Positions 44,658 through 56,000 of a stretch of DNA of 64,000 nucleotides are shown piece by piece. Both the position numbers and the translations under genes were made by a program. Positions within the stretch are counted from its first letter, which is position 1; every line of letters begins with the position of its first letter. The notes below the pieces were generated by a model. It was given only the letters and a program-made list of their open reading frames with translations. It made no database searches and had not been told where the DNA came from. The DNA is from a virus. Lineage: Duplodnaviria; Caudoviricetes. The DNA lies in IMG/VR virus record IMGVR_UViG_3300005683_000038, positions 7,465 to 71,464 of that record, one strand, 5' to 3'.

Positions 44658-45230
44658 ATGAAAACCAACACGGAATTACCAAAGGTACCAAAAGCAATTC
44701 AGGAAACAATGGATCGTCAGCGGGCGGAAGATGCGGCCGGCGCACGAGCGGCGGCTACTCCTCTGCCCGGGCCGGCCCGGGATATCTGGAAACCGTTGCC
44801 TGATATTATCGTCGGTCCGCACCGGATTCGGCCTTTCTACGACATTGATTTTGAAATCCTCCAGCATCTGAAACACCCGCTCTATGAGTTCATGATGAGT
44901 GCGCTTCATCCGAAGACAGGGGACAGTGGAGAAGAGGACTTCATGCCAGTCGGACAACAGGGGCGTGAACTGGCACTTCTTTTCACCGTCACTCCAGATG
45001 AAGCTGAAGCAATGATGAGTCAGGGGACTTTCAGTGATGAGGCCCGGGCGCGATTTCGACGATATAACGCCATTCAGCTCATTGAAATCACCAAGGCTGT
45101 ATCAACGCAGATGGCTTTGTATTGGTCGCCGGCAGTGGCGTATGGTCCGGTGAAGCAAGGTGAGGGTGAGGGGGTTCAAAGCGATGTTCACCCCCCGTCT
45201 TCGGAGCCATCGACGGTTTTGGTTGGTTAA
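44658..45230 (+). CDS. Tail assembly chaperone (G)
   Basis: Precedes TMP; overlapping -1 frame ORF. Confidence 0.7.
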   Translation: MKTNTELPKVPKAIQETMDRQRAEDAAGARAAATPLPGPARDIWKPLPDIIVGPHRIRPFYDIDFEILQHLKHPLYEFMMSALHPKTGDSGEEDFMPVGQQGRELALLFTVTPDEAEAMMSQGTFSDEARARFRRYNAIQLIEITKAVSTQMALYWSPAVAYGPVKQGEGEGVQSDVHPPSSEPSTVLVG

Positions 45231-45430
45231 TTGAGAAGCGGTGCCGATTGGCGAAAACTTACGGATGGACGGACGACTACATTCGCAAAGGCATCACTGG
45301 AGCCAAGGGATGGGTCTATGCTAACTGGGCCCGGGAGAATGAAATGACGGTTTTCGGTGCGATAGAAGAAAGAAAGAGTGATGGTTACGTTGCCCAAGAA
45401 CGGAGAAGAATTTTAGCAGATGGCAAATAA
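45191..45430 (+). CDS. Tail assembly chaperone GT extension via programmed -1 frameshift
   Basis: Slippery C CCC CCG at 45191-45197; -1 frame open from 45170 to TAA 45430. Confidence 0.65.
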   Translation, partial: PPVFGAIDGFGWLIEKRCRLAKTYGWTDDYIRKGITGAKGWVYANWARENEMTVFGAIEERKSDGYVAQERRRILADGK

Positions 45431-46766
45431 GAATGAAATAGCAGTTGAGCTTCGGCTGATCCTTGATCGGTTGCGCGGTGATATTCGCCAAGCCGCCCAG
45501 GCGATGAAAGCTGGTTTGACTGGTAGTTTCAAAGACACGGCCCGAGATACTGAGAAGGCGGCGGGCGCGATGGACAAGATGGAACGCTCGACCAAGAAGG
45601 TGAGCGATCGTATCCGAGAACAGAAAGCCGCGTTGGATGCCTGGCGAAAAAGTCTTCCTCCGCCAAATGTAACCATTTATGGTGAAGGAGGTGGAAATCG
45701 ATCTACCTCTCCTTCAACACCAGTATCTATTCCTAGAGGAGGGTATGGTCTAGCTACGAAGCCCCCAGGGGCATCATCAAATTCTCCTCCTATTACACCC
45801 CCTCCCATTATGCCGCCACCGATACCCGGTGGAGCCGGAGCAGGGGGCGGGGGTGGTTGGCGTGGTATTTTGGCAACGGCATCACAGATAGGGAATGTCA
45901 TTACCGGAGTGGCGGCTTCATTTTATTTGATTCGTCGTGCCGTCAATATCGTGTTGGAACCGCTTAGGATGTTCGCACGGAATGTGATGAATGCGGCCGA
46001 GGCAGCGCGATCACTTTATGCTAAGACATTGGCGAGTGGTGGTTTACCAATTGGCTTTACGGCCCATCGGTCTAGCTTGTCGGCGGTGATTGGTATTGGT
46101 GAAGATCAGGTCTATCAATACGCTTCGGCGGTTTCTTACTTGAATTCACAGTTACGGCATTCGACCACTATCATATCTGAAACCACTCGAATCAACACGG
46201 CCACCGCGTGGAGTTTCAAAGCAATGGGGTTGAGCTTTACCGCCATCTGGGCCAAGATTGCCGTAGCGATGGCACCAGCTTTGCAAGAACTGGCGAATCT
46301 CATCCGGCACATGAATGAGTTCGTGGTAGATACATTCGCCTTCAATTATGTCATCGTGTCAGTTGGCAGAACTTTTTGGGGACTGTCAAAGATACTTGAA
46401 GCGGTAGCAATCGCTTCTGAGGGCTTTACTGTCGCCATGCAAGGACTAGTAGATTTGTTCACTGGAAGTCCGGCAAACATATTTGGCAAAACAAAGAATT
46501 TGTTCAGTCAATGGATGGAGCACACCAAGTCTTTTTTCACCGGGGGTGTTAAAGAAGCCCCAGCTCCAACGGTATCGACCCAACGGTTGCCGGGTTCACC
46601 TTGGGAACGGATGGGCTTGGTGATTGGAAATGCTGGGGGTGTGAACTATTCTCAGCAAATTGCACATAATACACGTCGGTCTAACCTTTTACTTGAACGA
46701 ATTGCCAGCAACTTTATGCCTCGCAGTGGAGGAGCCGGTTTTAGTCCAAATACCGCCATGCCATGA
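45420..46766 (+). CDS. Tape measure protein (short, 448 aa)
   Basis: N-terminal EIAVELRLILD, Ala-rich amphipathic helices; follows G/GT. Confidence 0.7.
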   Translation: MANKNEIAVELRLILDRLRGDIRQAAQAMKAGLTGSFKDTARDTEKAAGAMDKMERSTKKVSDRIREQKAALDAWRKSLPPPNVTIYGEGGGNRSTSPSTPVSIPRGGYGLATKPPGASSNSPPITPPPIMPPPIPGGAGAGGGGGWRGILATASQIGNVITGVAASFYLIRRAVNIVLEPLRMFARNVMNAAEAARSLYAKTLASGGLPIGFTAHRSSLSAVIGIGEDQVYQYASAVSYLNSQLRHSTTIISETTRINTATAWSFKAMGLSFTAIWAKIAVAMAPALQELANLIRHMNEFVVDTFAFNYVIVSVGRTFWGLSKILEAVAIASEGFTVAMQGLVDLFTGSPANIFGKTKNLFSQWMEHTKSFFTGGVKEAPAPTVSTQRLPGSPWERMGLVIGNAGGVNYSQQIAHNTRRSNLLLERIASNFMPRSGGAGFSPNTAMP

Positions 46767-48037
46767 AGACATTAACGATTTCAGCTGTTACTACGACACG
46801 GGCCACTGGGACTCTCACCTCTGACAACACCAATGTCTCTAACGGTGACACGGTTACCATAGGGACGACGGTTTATACTTTCAAAACAGCTTTGACGCCA
46901 ACTGAAGGTGAAGTGTTAATTGGTACCAGTGCTGATGCGAGTCTTCTTAATCTGACGAGGGCGATTAACCACACCGGAGAACCTGATGTGGATTATTCGT
47001 GCGCGGCAGCGAATGAAGATGTGATTGCGGCAAATTCTATCACATCTCATGCTTTTGCCGTTACCGCCATCGTCCCAGGCACTGTCGGCAATGCGATTGC
47101 AACGACCGAGACGTCATCACATCTGTCATGGGGAGCAGCGACACTGGCAAGTGGATCAGATTCTGTTTCAATCACAGGGGCATTGTCAGATGCGACCTAC
47201 ACCCAGCCGGCGCAACGACTCACCATCAACGAATATCCTACTGGGAATGCAAGTTGGTCACGTAACATCCGAACCACGTCAGATGGCACGATGGTAATGC
47301 GAAACGGAGCCGAATCGGTCATTGTTACGTTGACGTCGCTAGGACTAATGGCACTGGCATTGGAGCCTTCTCTTACGTGGGATCCGCGCATTGATGATTC
47401 TGATCAACCTACTGATGCCTCTTGTGTCCATTCCAGCACGGCAGCATCGTTTTCGGTAGTGGCGTCAAGTGAATTGACAAAGTCGTACCGCTGGGAATAC
47501 CTGGCGCCGGCAGCAGGGACAATCACCTCTGACAACACCAATGTCTCTAATAATGACACAGTGGTGATTGGAAGCAAGACCTACACTTTCAAAACCACCC
47601 TAACCCCAACTGAAGGAGAAGTGTTGATTGGGGCTGATGCTGATGCCAGCCTTCTTAACTTGATACGGGCGATCAACCATTCCGGCACGCCTGACACTGA
47701 TTACAAGTGCGCCGCAGCGAATACGCAGGTCTCAGCTGCGACTGCTGTAACCTCTCATGCTTTTGCCGTTACGGCATTGACAGCCGGCTCAGCGGGCAAT
47801 GCGATTGCAACGACCGAGACATCGTCGCATCTTTCTTGGGGGGCTTCGACGTTGACTGGTGGCGGATGGACACCGGCAACTGGAACCATCAATGGTTGCG
47901 CCTACACCAACGACACGACAGCGACGCTAACCTGCACGCCAACCACTACCGGTCAGACGGGTTTGTCGCATCGTTGTCTCATCACCACCTCCAAGGGTGT
48001 CACAGCGACTGATTCAGCTGAACTAACCATTACTTGA
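46763..48037 (+). CDS. Tail-associated protein with two ~120-aa repeats and a split Ig-like domain
   Basis: Repeats at ~46802-47155 and ~47512-47862; Ig-like strands SFSVVAS..YRW / TLTC..RCLIT..SAELTIT. Confidence 0.7.
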   Translation: MKTLTISAVTTTRATGTLTSDNTNVSNGDTVTIGTTVYTFKTALTPTEGEVLIGTSADASLLNLTRAINHTGEPDVDYSCAAANEDVIAANSITSHAFAVTAIVPGTVGNAIATTETSSHLSWGAATLASGSDSVSITGALSDATYTQPAQRLTINEYPTGNASWSRNIRTTSDGTMVMRNGAESVIVTLTSLGLMALALEPSLTWDPRIDDSDQPTDASCVHSSTAASFSVVASSELTKSYRWEYLAPAAGTITSDNTNVSNNDTVVIGSKTYTFKTTLTPTEGEVLIGADADASLLNLIRAINHSGTPDTDYKCAAANTQVSAATAVTSHAFAVTALTAGSAGNAIATTETSSHLSWGASTLTGGGWTPATGTINGCAYTNDTTATLTCTPTTTGQTGLSHRCLITTSKGVTATDSAELTIT

Positions 48038-48038
48038 T

Positions 48039-49205
48039 ATGCCTGAACTTCCTTCATGTTTTGATCGGGCCGATGGAATAGATGGGCGTCCAGGCACTCC
48101 AGCGCCAGAGGATTCTATTCTTAACACATCACCGTTGGGTGAAGGTGTTGAGAATATACCAATTGAAGAGGATCCGGAATCACCTGAAATCGAACGAGCT
48201 GAACAGGCCACCATTTCTAAGAATTATCGGATGTCTTGGGATGAGGCTCTCAATCGAATTGTTGGACTAGGGCGTGGCACACTTCTGAGGGATTCTAGTG
48301 GTAACGTCACCAAGATTCTTTCTTGCAAAATCCAACGCCTGAAAGGTCAAGCAGCTCGGCTGATTATCGTAGCCGAAGGGGTATCATTTGATAGTCCGCC
48401 GGATGAGTTTCAAATCATCCCAGTCGAGCTCAGTGTGAACTTGCTCAAACACCCTCGCTATATTAGCGCCTTAGAAGGTAACACCGTCACTGAAAACAAA
48501 TTGAATCAGCAGGTTATCCGACGGTTGCAGGATTACTTTGAGAATCCGTCGTCAGCCATGCGGGATGCAATTACTCAGCAGATTTGGGCATCGCTTACCT
48601 TTCCCGGGACGATAGATGGATCTGGTAACCCCGTAAGTGATGGTGATACACTGGTGAAAGATTGGGATGGAGAAGCCATCACCATTGAAACGATTACAGG
48701 TACTCAATTTGCTAAGGCGGCGGCGCTGGAAATCATTCAAAAGTATTGGCGCAATGAAGAGACCCCATACATCGTTGGTTATCAGATCACTTGGTCATCG
48801 TTTTATTTCCGACCACAGTATTTGAATCCGGGCGGATATGTGGAAGATCCCATCTATGATGCCACCCCGCAGTTGCCTGACTATTTTTGGTCACCTGATT
48901 TTCCACCTTCGACCAATACCATCTTTGATTTGTTGAGCGAGTTCAATCCACAATGTTTTTCAAGGAATGGACTGCGTGGTGGTCCAGTTCAGATCTCATG
49001 GCTTCGCAAAGCTGACCAGCAGGACTACCAGAGGACCTGGTTTAAGATAGATCGAACCTGGATTGGTTCACCGATTGGTTTTTGGGATCCGCAGTTTTTT
49101 AGTGGTGATCGAGCTCCGCTTTCTGCTAGTGACTACGTCTACACATCGCCGTCGCGCAATCCTCCGCTAGATGTAGGCCAGGATCGGACCATTATCAAAG
49201 AATGA
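48039..49205 (+). CDS. Putative distal tail/hub protein
   Basis: Position only; acidic and aromatic composition. Confidence 0.5.
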   Translation: MPELPSCFDRADGIDGRPGTPAPEDSILNTSPLGEGVENIPIEEDPESPEIERAEQATISKNYRMSWDEALNRIVGLGRGTLLRDSSGNVTKILSCKIQRLKGQAARLIIVAEGVSFDSPPDEFQIIPVELSVNLLKHPRYISALEGNTVTENKLNQQVIRRLQDYFENPSSAMRDAITQQIWASLTFPGTIDGSGNPVSDGDTLVKDWDGEAITIETITGTQFAKAAALEIIQKYWRNEETPYIVGYQITWSSFYFRPQYLNPGGYVEDPIYDATPQLPDYFWSPDFPPSTNTIFDLLSEFNPQCFSRNGLRGGPVQISWLRKADQQDYQRTWFKIDRTWIGSPIGFWDPQFFSGDRAPLSASDYVYTSPSRNPPLDVGQDRTIIKE

Positions 49206-49441
49206 AAGGGGCAAATCCACTTCCGAGAATAGGGCTTCCTCGATTGCATGAAGGATCAGGATTGCGATCTGGACGAGACAGTGATGTGACGGCGAAACTT
49301 TGGCAGAAGGTGCTCCCAGTTGATCAGCAACTCTATCGAGCTTGCCAGGCAATTGAGGAATTGCAACGCCAGTTGAATCGTTTACGTCGTCGATCTGGTG
49401 GTGAGAGCATAGGAGGAAAGGATCCGGTATGGCTGCCGTAA
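49202..49441 (+). CDS. Small coiled-coil tail protein
   Basis: ATGA overlap; IEELQRQLNRLRRR. Confidence 0.5.
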   Translation: MKGANPLPRIGLPRLHEGSGLRSGRDSDVTAKLWQKVLPVDQQLYRACQAIEELQRQLNRLRRRSGGESIGGKDPVWLP

Positions 49442-52400
49442 GGTTGCTGGCGGGCGGGGAGCAGGCCTCGTATTCGTATGTGCGCGACCTGTGGCGGGAG
49501 TTCGACTCGAAACTGTCACAGATGCTTTCTGGGAAGTCTTTCCTTGTAGGTCAGTTTGGCAAGGGTGACTCCGACCTGGGCGCGATGTCGGCGAAGTTGA
49601 TGGGGAAGTGCTTCTTCTTTACGTCTGGGGATACGCGCTACGTGAACAACGCGCCGGGTTTTATTGCGGATGGCGGAGGGGCGCGCAATTACGATCACAC
49701 CCAGTTCGAGCTGGCGCTGGCGGCGGTGGTGGTGACGGACTGGGATGAGGTCAACAAGGTGGCGAATATCGAGCGGGTGGATGGCTCGTGGTATGCGGGT
49801 TTGCCGCAGGAGGAAGCGGTGGGGTTCTTCGAGCACAGCCTGGCGGTGCATTCGATTCCACACACGGGGGCTGGTGATTCCGGGGACGTCCCGTATTACG
49901 TGCGGGAGGCGGCGATTGGGTATCTGCATCCACCGCCGGAAAAGCGGCTGCGCTACGGCCTGGCGGAGATTTTACTCGAAGGCGTGACGACATTGGTGTT
50001 GCCAGGGACGAGCAAGTACGACTGTTACCGGCTGCACAATTTGAATTTTACGGAAGCGACGGTGGAGCTGGCTGGGGAGACGGAGAATCTGACGGTGACA
50101 CTGGCGGCGTTTGATTGCCGGACGGTGCGGCGCCAGCGGGACGGAAATTTCGAGTTAACGGGTTGGCACTATTTTTTCCCGCCGCGGGGGGCGGAGACGT
50201 TTCCGCGGGGGGATCCGCGGTTGCCTTGGTTTCTGCCGACCAAGACGATTGATGCGGCCAACGACATCAATGACACGTATGTCAGCGCGGAGCAGGGCCG
50301 GGCGGCGAATTCGATGGCGGCGAACAACCTGACGAATCCCAGCATCATCTGCGATTGGGTGAACCACTTTGACCCGGAGAATCGCAAGGCGGATTACGCG
50401 CCGTGCCTGCATCGGGACCGCGACGCAACGGGAGCGGAGGAGGACATCAGTGACAAGTATCTGGAGTTGTTCGGCGATCCGGGCGACCCGGCGACGTTGC
50501 TTGGGGACCTACTGCACCACAAGGGGCGCATCGTCATCATCCGCAAGTCGCTCACGGAAACGGACCCGCTGACGAGCCAGCCGGTTATCACGCGGGACGA
50601 GGTGACGTTCAACGGGTATGCGACCATTGTGGCCGATTTCGCGGAGAAGCTGTTGAGTGTGACGGAGGACGTGGACGGCAATCTGGTGATTGACAACGAC
50701 GACCCGGACAACGACGTGGACCTGTTGCCGATCGGGACGAATCTGTTCAAGACAGGCGAGAGTTCGCCGACGATTGTGACGCTGCCCCATACCATCGAAG
50801 CGGCGGTATTTGAAACGACGGAGGCGGGCGGCCTTGGTGGTTACACTTTGTCGGCCACGGCGGACAACGTGGTGCAACAGCGCAGCGTTGCGGAGACGAC
50901 GGACGTGAAGCACGAATACATCATGGAGGCGGACGGCGATATTGTGGCCCATGATTACACGGCGACGGACACGGAGAAGGTGATGAGCGGGGCGTTGACG
51001 CGCTCCGCCGCGCGGGTGATGGCGGGGATTCATGCGGTGACCGTGGCGGACCTGTTGGACTTGTCCTGGTGGGGCGACGACGCGTTACCGAACCAGAGCA
51101 ACGACTGGGTGACGTTCAGCAACGTGCGGCTGTTGCTGACGTGGGAGGGTTTGGTGTTGCGCTTCACGGAGAGCATCGCCGGGTATCCCAACCTGGAGGC
51201 GGATTATTTGTCGGGCCGGCGATTCGGTGGCGCGAAGGAGCGGAGGATTTGGTTTCGCTCGCACGGCTGGCCGTATCATTCACCGACGCTCGGCGGGTGG
51301 ACGACGGGCTGGCTTTCGCCGCGCAAGGGACGGTTCACAACGTCGGTGGATTACGATGCTGAGGAGGTGGGATTATCGGGCGCGGACTTCGCGGTGTCGC
51401 GGTTGAGAGTGACGGAGCAAGCCATCACCGTGTTGCGGAGGATTCGGAACGCCTCGACGCTGGCCTCGCAGGGGGATACCTGGCTCGCGACGCCGAACGC
51501 TCGTTTCTGGCACGCCCGGTTCATGGACAATTTTTTGCTCTGGCTGGAGGAAGGTCAGTCGGATGCCGGCTACTGGAATATCCGCAGCTATCTGCTCGCC
51601 CCGCAGGATTTCACGGACGATCCGGCCGCCTCCAGTGATTTGTTTGTGTGCATGGCATTGCTGCCGGAGCATTACAACGCGCTGGCGACGACAGTTAATT
51701 CTCTGACGTCGGCGCTGCCCTTGAATGCGTTCTCGCTGCGCTGGGTGATTGGTGGGGATGTCTGCTGGCTGCCAGAGATGGGGCGTTACAGCAATGTGGG
51801 GAATAGCAATCCGGTGCCGATCACGGAATGGACGGAAGTGCCGGCGTCGAGCGACAGCAACTTTGATATTTTGCTCGCGGAGTTTGGGGTGACAATCCGG
51901 GACAAGACTGATTTGCCGTCGTGCCCGGACACGTTGACGGTGAAGTATAACATCAACGAGGGCATCTCCATCACCGCCGACAACTTCAGCGGGCCAGACG
52001 GCAGCGGTTACATGACGGGGGATTTGCACTTGAGTCTTTCGGTGGAGGACAACACGGAATGGTACTACTCGACGGCCAACCCACTTTATCCGACCGATGC
52101 GGATTTGGACCCGTTCCGCTACATCCCGGTGGGCGGGCCAAACATGCAGACGGGGTACGATGACTACAACTGGGTGACGATTGAGGACATCAAGACGACG
52201 TTTGGCCAGTGGGGAATTCCGGTGCTGGGCGTCCAGGTGTGCAAGCCGCTGAACCTGGTGGAGTTCTCGCGGGCGGACGCGACGTTCAACTGGAGCAATC
52301 TGGGGCCGGTGGACGATTCTTTCAGCATCATCGCGGATGTGATTCCCGATCCGCTGCCGTCGCTGGCGGAGGGGAACGACAATTTTATTCCGCTGGAAAC

Positions 52401-53004
52401 GCCGGAGAATTACAAGAGCGGGCTGATGTTTGCGCCGGCGATCATTCGCGGCGAGGACTCGGCGTTGTGGAAAACGCTGGGCGGCGTCGCGCCAGGCAAC
52501 CAGATCAAGACGAACATTGATTCGGTGGGCGATACCCAACTGCTGATCCAGCCAGGGTTAAACGCATCGCATCCGATCATCACGTACACGGGCAGCTACA
52601 ACCTGGGACTGGAGGCGTTGTGGGTGGTGAATCCGCCATCGCGCGATCCGGACGACTGGCCGGCGAACTACGCCTGGTGGTGGCTGCAACTGCCGTATGA
52701 CGATTTCTACAACACGCTGAAGAATACGGTGACGTGGGGCATCATCTCGGAGAACTGCCGGCTGACGGTGGCGCTGGTGAAACGAAATTACTGGGAGCGT
52801 CCGGTTTCCTGGGTGGACGCGCCGAGTTTCTGCGCGGCGGTTTACGCGGACGACATCCCGTGGACGTTCACGGCGGCGTCGGGAGTGCTGGAGCGGATCA
52901 CGAGCCAGCCGGGCGTGTGGACGGACGTGAAGCCCACGGCGAGTCAGCCCTTTTGGGGCGACGGTTTGTATGACCTGACGGACGTGTTCATCTCTTTGAC
53001 ATGA
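49429..53004 (+). CDS. Large hypothetical tail/baseplate protein (1191 aa)
   Basis: Long ORF with consistent codon bias in the tail region; no motif recognised. Confidence 0.6.
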   Translation: MAAVRLLAGGEQASYSYVRDLWREFDSKLSQMLSGKSFLVGQFGKGDSDLGAMSAKLMGKCFFFTSGDTRYVNNAPGFIADGGGARNYDHTQFELALAAVVVTDWDEVNKVANIERVDGSWYAGLPQEEAVGFFEHSLAVHSIPHTGAGDSGDVPYYVREAAIGYLHPPPEKRLRYGLAEILLEGVTTLVLPGTSKYDCYRLHNLNFTEATVELAGETENLTVTLAAFDCRTVRRQRDGNFELTGWHYFFPPRGAETFPRGDPRLPWFLPTKTIDAANDINDTYVSAEQGRAANSMAANNLTNPSIICDWVNHFDPENRKADYAPCLHRDRDATGAEEDISDKYLELFGDPGDPATLLGDLLHHKGRIVIIRKSLTETDPLTSQPVITRDEVTFNGYATIVADFAEKLLSVTEDVDGNLVIDNDDPDNDVDLLPIGTNLFKTGESSPTIVTLPHTIEAAVFETTEAGGLGGYTLSATADNVVQQRSVAETTDVKHEYIMEADGDIVAHDYTATDTEKVMSGALTRSAARVMAGIHAVTVADLLDLSWWGDDALPNQSNDWVTFSNVRLLLTWEGLVLRFTESIAGYPNLEADYLSGRRFGGAKERRIWFRSHGWPYHSPTLGGWTTGWLSPRKGRFTTSVDYDAEEVGLSGADFAVSRLRVTEQAITVLRRIRNASTLASQGDTWLATPNARFWHARFMDNFLLWLEEGQSDAGYWNIRSYLLAPQDFTDDPAASSDLFVCMALLPEHYNALATTVNSLTSALPLNAFSLRWVIGGDVCWLPEMGRYSNVGNSNPVPITEWTEVPASSDSNFDILLAEFGVTIRDKTDLPSCPDTLTVKYNINEGISITADNFSGPDGSGYMTGDLHLSLSVEDNTEWYYSTANPLYPTDADLDPFRYIPVGGPNMQTGYDDYNWVTIEDIKTTFGQWGIPVLGVQVCKPLNLVEFSRADATFNWSNLGPVDDSFSIIADVIPDPLPSLAEGNDNFIPLETPENYKSGLMFAPAIIRGEDSALWKTLGGVAPGNQIKTNIDSVGDTQLLIQPGLNASHPIITYTGSYNLGLEALWVVNPPSRDPDDWPANYAWWWLQLPYDDFYNTLKNTVTWGIISENCRLTVALVKRNYWERPVSWVDAPSFCAAVYADDIPWTFTAASGVLERITSQPGVWTDVKPTASQPFWGDGLYDLTDVFISLT

Positions 53005-53075
53005 TTTCTTATGTTGTAGAATGATACATGAGGTGTAATATGAACTTGAGACAGATAAACGGACACCATGTCCTT

Positions 53076-56000
53076 ATGAAAAGAATCGCTGTTTTTTTAC
53101 TTTTTTTGATGGTGGTTGCCTCTCATGGAGCAGACATGAGATTTGACTTTAGCGGATTCAACGCCTATCCTGCCAGTAATCGATGGATGACATTGCAAGC
53201 CCTCACTCCTTTGCGGGGAAATGTCATCAACTACACGAGCGACACGAGCGGCATCAAAATAATCAGCAATCTGAGTTCAGGGTATTTTTCGGTCGTCATC
53301 AAAGCGAAGGGAAATGCGTCTGAGATTCCCTTCCAGGTCTATGTGACTGCGACTGACAGTGGGCTGCTGGAAGCGAGCAATCGAACTTCAGTGGCTGGGG
53401 TTCAAACGTATCCATCAACCGGCGCCGCAGCTTGGACCATCCAGGCATCAGATCAAAAATATCAGAGTATTCCAACTAACAACTCAACGGCAAGTGATGG
53501 ACAGGTCATTTCAAAGACAGGTGACAAGGCCAAGTGGATTGACATGAGTGGCGGTGGTGGGGGCGGAACAACCTACACAAATAATTCTGACGGGCTACCT
53601 GGTGTGGTGGTCGGTGCGGGCATTGGCACAAATTATGCTTCCATCACTGCACCATTGGCCGGAACGAACGAAACTCGGGCCGTGACTCATACGAATGCCG
53701 CCAATCAGTTTCGAGGAAAATTACTTTGGACGGATGGGACTACTTTACTAGATACTGCCGATGGATTTTTGAAAACCACGGGTGGCATACTGGTGGCGGA
53801 TATTCAAGGAACCTCGCTTAATGACCCTGACACCGGAGCGGATTCCGTCTTGTGGGGCAATCGAACGCTCAGTAAGGATGACGGAGCGACGACTTCTCTT
53901 GATTGGCAATTATTACATTTGAACGGTGCGTGGCGACTGGATACCGCCGAAACAAATACTGCTCTGACCGGCGGCGTGCTCGCGGCGGATGCCAACGGGA
54001 AACGCAAAATCGCCACGCTTTCAGGTCTGTCCTGGGATGGATCATCTTTAACTGTGAATTCTGGCGGACCTCTTGTAGGAGATGGTAGCGGCCTGAGCAA
54101 CGTCGTCAACGCCTCAATCCCCATGTTCAACTCCATATCGAACATGATCGCCGCTTCGGTCACGAACAATGAAGTCATCGTCAACAGTTACTGGGGCACC
54201 AACCATAGTCCGGGTCGTTTCCGCCTGTTCACTGGCACAATGACAACCAACCTCGGGACGATCTTCACCAACGGCGTTTCGGGAGGTTATCGCGTGCGGG
54301 TCGAGTGGTTGCAACGCACGAATGAGTTAAAGCTGGAATGGTTCGGCACATGGCCGAACCAATACGATGTTACATCCGGCTTGCGCGATCAATCCGACCG
54401 CGTGCAGGCGGCCATTGACGCAACACCCGGAGATCAAGGGGTGCTGATTATCCCGGAGTATTGGATAACGATTACCAATTCACTGGTGTTCACCAACTGG
54501 CGTGGGGCTTATTTCGGCGGCGCGACAGCGGCTACCCGGAGGCCGGGCTACCGTTACTGGCCCTACCCGGTTTCAGGCTTCAACTGGAATGGCCCGACCA
54601 ATTTGGCGATGATAAAACAGCACAATGTCGGACACACTACTTTTGCCCATTTCGGGCTGGATACCCGCCCGCCAGCACAGGCGGCTTACTGGTCGAACTA
54701 TGCGACGCTGATGATTGACGCAGACCAACTGACGGGTCACATCACGACGACCTCGGCCAACCGATATTCGGGAATGATGTTTCGTGAGCGGGGCACGAAC
54801 GCCGGTCTGGTGGGGGTTCGTATTGCCAATACGTCGTGGGACAACTGCGAGTTCTTCCATTTTGAAGATTGTTACTTTGCCGGCAGCGGGGCGTCAGATC
54901 GGTCTCAATACTGGATGGCAACAACGAACATTGGCGCGGCGACCGCGATTCAGGTGGGGGGAAATGGCGGTGGCGCGAACTCTTTCAGTCATACGCTAAC
55001 CCGGTGCGGTTTCGATAGCTGGCAATACTTCGTAAACGGAAACGGCAACTGGTATGTGCAGAACTGCTACGGCACGGCGGCGGGCGTTCGCGGGTATCAT
55101 TTTACCGGAAATGCGGCCTCTTACCTCATAGGCGTCAATGATGAAGGCGATCGGCAGTTCGCTTACTCCACCGGCCCGTTGTATCTGGAGAGTTGCCGAA
55201 TTGCCCTCGTGTCTCTGTCCGTTTCCAACATCGCGGCTGTGGATGGACCGCAGATCACGATGAACAATTGCGTTTACAACAACGATCCGAGCGGGAACAC
55301 CCCATCCGTCACCAACTCGTATAATGCCACCGGGCGCTATTCCGGGCGCAACAATACACTTGCGTCAGTCAACAACGACGCGCTCTCCATATCCAGTTGG
55401 CGGTTCAGTTCTGCGTTCAATTCCCTTGGCGACTTCGGAACGATTGCGGCGAACAACAACATCCAATCGTTCCCGATGAAAACGCCATCGGCGCTCTCGC
55501 TGACGAACAAGGTATGGGCTGACTATCTGGACTCCGCGACGTGGCCGTATTTGACGCTGATGCCGAGCAACGGCTCTCTGGCCGTTGGCAGCCCCGGCGG
55601 CAATGCCGTTCTCAGCGTTTTTAATACCGATCCCGCAGTGAAGTATCACTACAGCTTCGGCGACGCTGTTAAAACTATTCGCCATCGCGGCTACGCGGGC
55701 GGAGCGACGACGTATGCCGAGGTCAACGGGCTGAGTCAGGGATGGCAGATCATTCAGTCGACCAATGCGGTGTTTAACCTCAAAGCTGGAAATGCCAACA
55801 GCACGATCAACTTCCAAAGCGGCTACGGAAGCATAACAACCACTGGCGACGTTGCTGTTGTGCGTTTTGAAAATGATGGTCGGGTGAGATTTCCGAATAA
55901 TACCAACGTTGAATTCGTTGGGCCAATCCACGGCGGAGTGCTCCGCGCCACGAACCATCTGACGCTGTTCACAAATGACACGCTGGCCAGCCTTGGCGCC

